Assembly: GCA_017654855.1 (NCBI GenBank)
Contig: CM030336.1
Coordinates: 4,712,001 to 4,776,000, forward strand
Source: Podospora anserina
Lineage: Eukaryota
Direction of reading: 5' to 3'
DNA: 64,000 nt
Part shown: one piece after another, positions 61,990-64,000 of the stretch
Numbering within the stretch: position 1 is the first letter of the stretch
How the letters are laid out: each line of letters opens with the position of its first letter
Notes under the pieces: generated by a model
The model's database searches: none
Told to the model about the DNA's origin: nothing
What the model saw: only the letters and a program-made list of their open reading frames with translations
Translations under genes and position numbers: made by a program

Positions 61990-64000
61990 CCTTCCCTTCC
62001 TCATCCAGGCCATGGAGATCATGAAGATACTCTTTGAACTCCCTTGTCATTTGGCAAACTTGCCCAAAGTCCTTCTGATCCAAAGTTGGGCCATCATGCT
62101 CCTTCTTGTCAGTCTTTTGCAGGAATCGGAAGTCTGCCAGAGCGACGGCAGTTTGGAATGCTGCGCACCAAAAGCTTCGTCAGTACATCGCCACGTGGAC
62201 TTGATTAACTGGTCTTACCATTGCGATTTTCCCGGCCGTTCCATTCCAGCCTCTTTACGATCTCATCTTCCAAGATGTATCGTTTGGCTCGCCCAGTGCT
62301 GATGAAGTCGTGACGCTCGTTGGTGAGTTTGTCGACGAACTGTGTCCAAATCTGGCGGCGATTGTCTTCACTGAGCTGATAGTACTTGATGATGTGGATC
62401 CTGGAAATGAAGGCGTCGTCGAAATGCCCGACGCGGTTTGTAGTCAAGAACAGGATTTCTCGGTAATATTCTATACAACGAAGAAACACTGTACATTCAG
62501 GGTCAGTATTACTGGTGTACTCAGATGAGGATGCTGACGCAGAATCTCACCACATACAAGGCTGTTGCGCCGAAGGTCACTAACAACGCGCCGTTCCAGG
62601 TAGATATCAGCCTCGTCAATCAACATGACAGGCCCCATTTTTCGGCCATTCTGAACCACTTGGAGAGCTGCTGTTCCATCTTGACTTCGTCTGTGCCAAT
62701 GTCTTCACAGGTGAGAGATAGTAGAGGACGGTTCGTATACTCCGCGATACATTCGGCGGTCTGATGAGGGGCAGAACTGTTAATCGTGCACGGTTAAGGA
62801 TAAATGTATGCCGACCTACATATGTCTTCCCAACACCGGGACCGCCATGTAGCAAGAAGATATGACCCTCTCCATTGTTTTCAATAAAGTCGGCGCGCCA
62901 CGATGTAGATAAGCCTGGTGTTGGGCTCATGTTGCTGTACTTCTGAACCAATGCCTTGATCATATCTTTGCGTGGCGCAGGCATGACTAACATGTCAATA
63001 GCCCTCGGATTGAGTTTAGGCTCCAAGCAATAGGCTACAATATGGACGCCTTGAATGGTAACAACAAATTAGTAAGCCTTGTAGTTATCAGAGAGTCCTC
63101 TATGTGTAGGTAGGGAGTTAAGGGATCTTAGCACCTACCCCAAGTTCTGGACTTCAAGAATATTCCATAGAGAAGAGAGTCACACAGTAGATATCGATGA
63201 TTGGAATCATGCGCCCCGGACTCCAGTGTAAGATTCTCCACCATTGTTGGATCCAGCAAATCGTAGGATGCGTACCGAAAGTTAGCTGGGGGATGGGGCC
63301 GTCTGCCATAACTGCGATCGGGGTTAGTCAGGCATATTCATCCCGAGTAAATGCGCTGGCCCTGCACCCAGTCTAAGGGTTTGTCTCACCACTCTTCACA
63401 CCCGCACATCGCCAAATTGCGTCCGATATCATTGACGTTGCAGATTTCGGGTGCTTTCTCTTCGAACTCGTAGTAGTAGGCTGCAGAATCGACGTACACT
63501 CGACCGCTAAGCTGATAGTTGCAGTCAGATACGTGTCAGAAGGCCATACTCCCGGGTACATGAGTGAAGCCAAAATACTATCAATGGTGCTTTGGAGGAG
63601 ATGGACATACCAAACCCGCTTTCCTGGCTTTGCGTATATTGGGCTTGTGACTAGCAGCATCCTCAGAGTCCATACTTTCCTCACTTGCCTTCCTCCTAAC
63701 AACGTGTCTGTTTTGGAGAACAAGTGCCGCCCGGTCAGACGGGTCGCATTGATAGAAGGCCGGCTGACTACGTAAGAGTTTGAACCATTGCCTCCCCTGC
63801 GCTTCCAATCTCGCTTTGGTCTCGCCACCGTCTTTCTTGTCGAAAAGTTCGGTTGGGAAAACCTTCAGTGATGTGATTTCACGTTCTTCCCGGAATGGTG
63901 GCACAACAACTGACGTCGTGCTCCTTCCAACAAATCTGCCATCAAACCTTAACGACCACAATAGGATCTGATGCGGCCCAAAGTCTCGACGGTTGTCCGA
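61990..64000 (-). pseudogene. Fungal AAA+ ATPase, disrupted; 5' part lies outside the window
   Basis: IFLLHGGPGVGKT Walker A, VMLIDEADIYLE Walker B, ILFLTTNRVGHFDDAFISRIH, WNGRE. A 1-bp deletion at ~62630 (KWG-[A]-VML) and an in-frame TGA near 63340. The 3' end is approximate. Confidence 0.8.

Noticed and set aside
1-64000. Starship element or Spok meiotic-drive block
   Set aside because: No tyrosine-recombinase captain, Spok-like ORF or element boundary was recognisable. The window could still lie inside a larger element.

Overview
Fungal (Sordariales-type, probably Podospora-like; inferred from gene content, intron signals and RIP-mutated transposons) 64-kb region mixing accessory and ordinary genes. 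Left end (0.5-3.8 kb): nested, RIP-degraded transposon debris, including two related solo LTRs and a 1-kb Fot1/pogo-type element with perfect 43-bp TIRs. Next (4.5-9.3 kb): a compact, same-strand, apparently intronless block of two signal-peptide-less astacin-like zinc metalloproteases (the second frameshifted) alternating with two small Cys-rich ORFs, closed by tRNA-Ser(GCT). Middle: two AA9 LPMOs (one with an atypical second-sphere Glu), a type 2 NLP/NPP1, a mitochondrial-carrier-like gene, a Kex2-processed beta/gamma-crystallin-like secreted protein, intron-containing tRNA-Ala(AGC), an amino-acid permease, a GPI protein, a PTH11-like receptor, a secreted Thr-repeat protein, a HET-domain gene, a CE1 feruloyl esterase, an orphan with deaminase-like zinc motifs in reversed order and a NACHT NLR pseudogene. 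Right end: a full-length RIP-destroyed Ty1/Copia element (183-bp LTRs, TCGCC target duplication), a frameshifted beta-rich gene, a membrane protein, a phytase-like esterase and an AAA+ ATPase pseudogene. Best candidates for an undescribed system: the protease plus Cys-rich partner block and the reversed-motif deaminase-like gene beside the NLR. All calls are from manual reading only; no searches were run.
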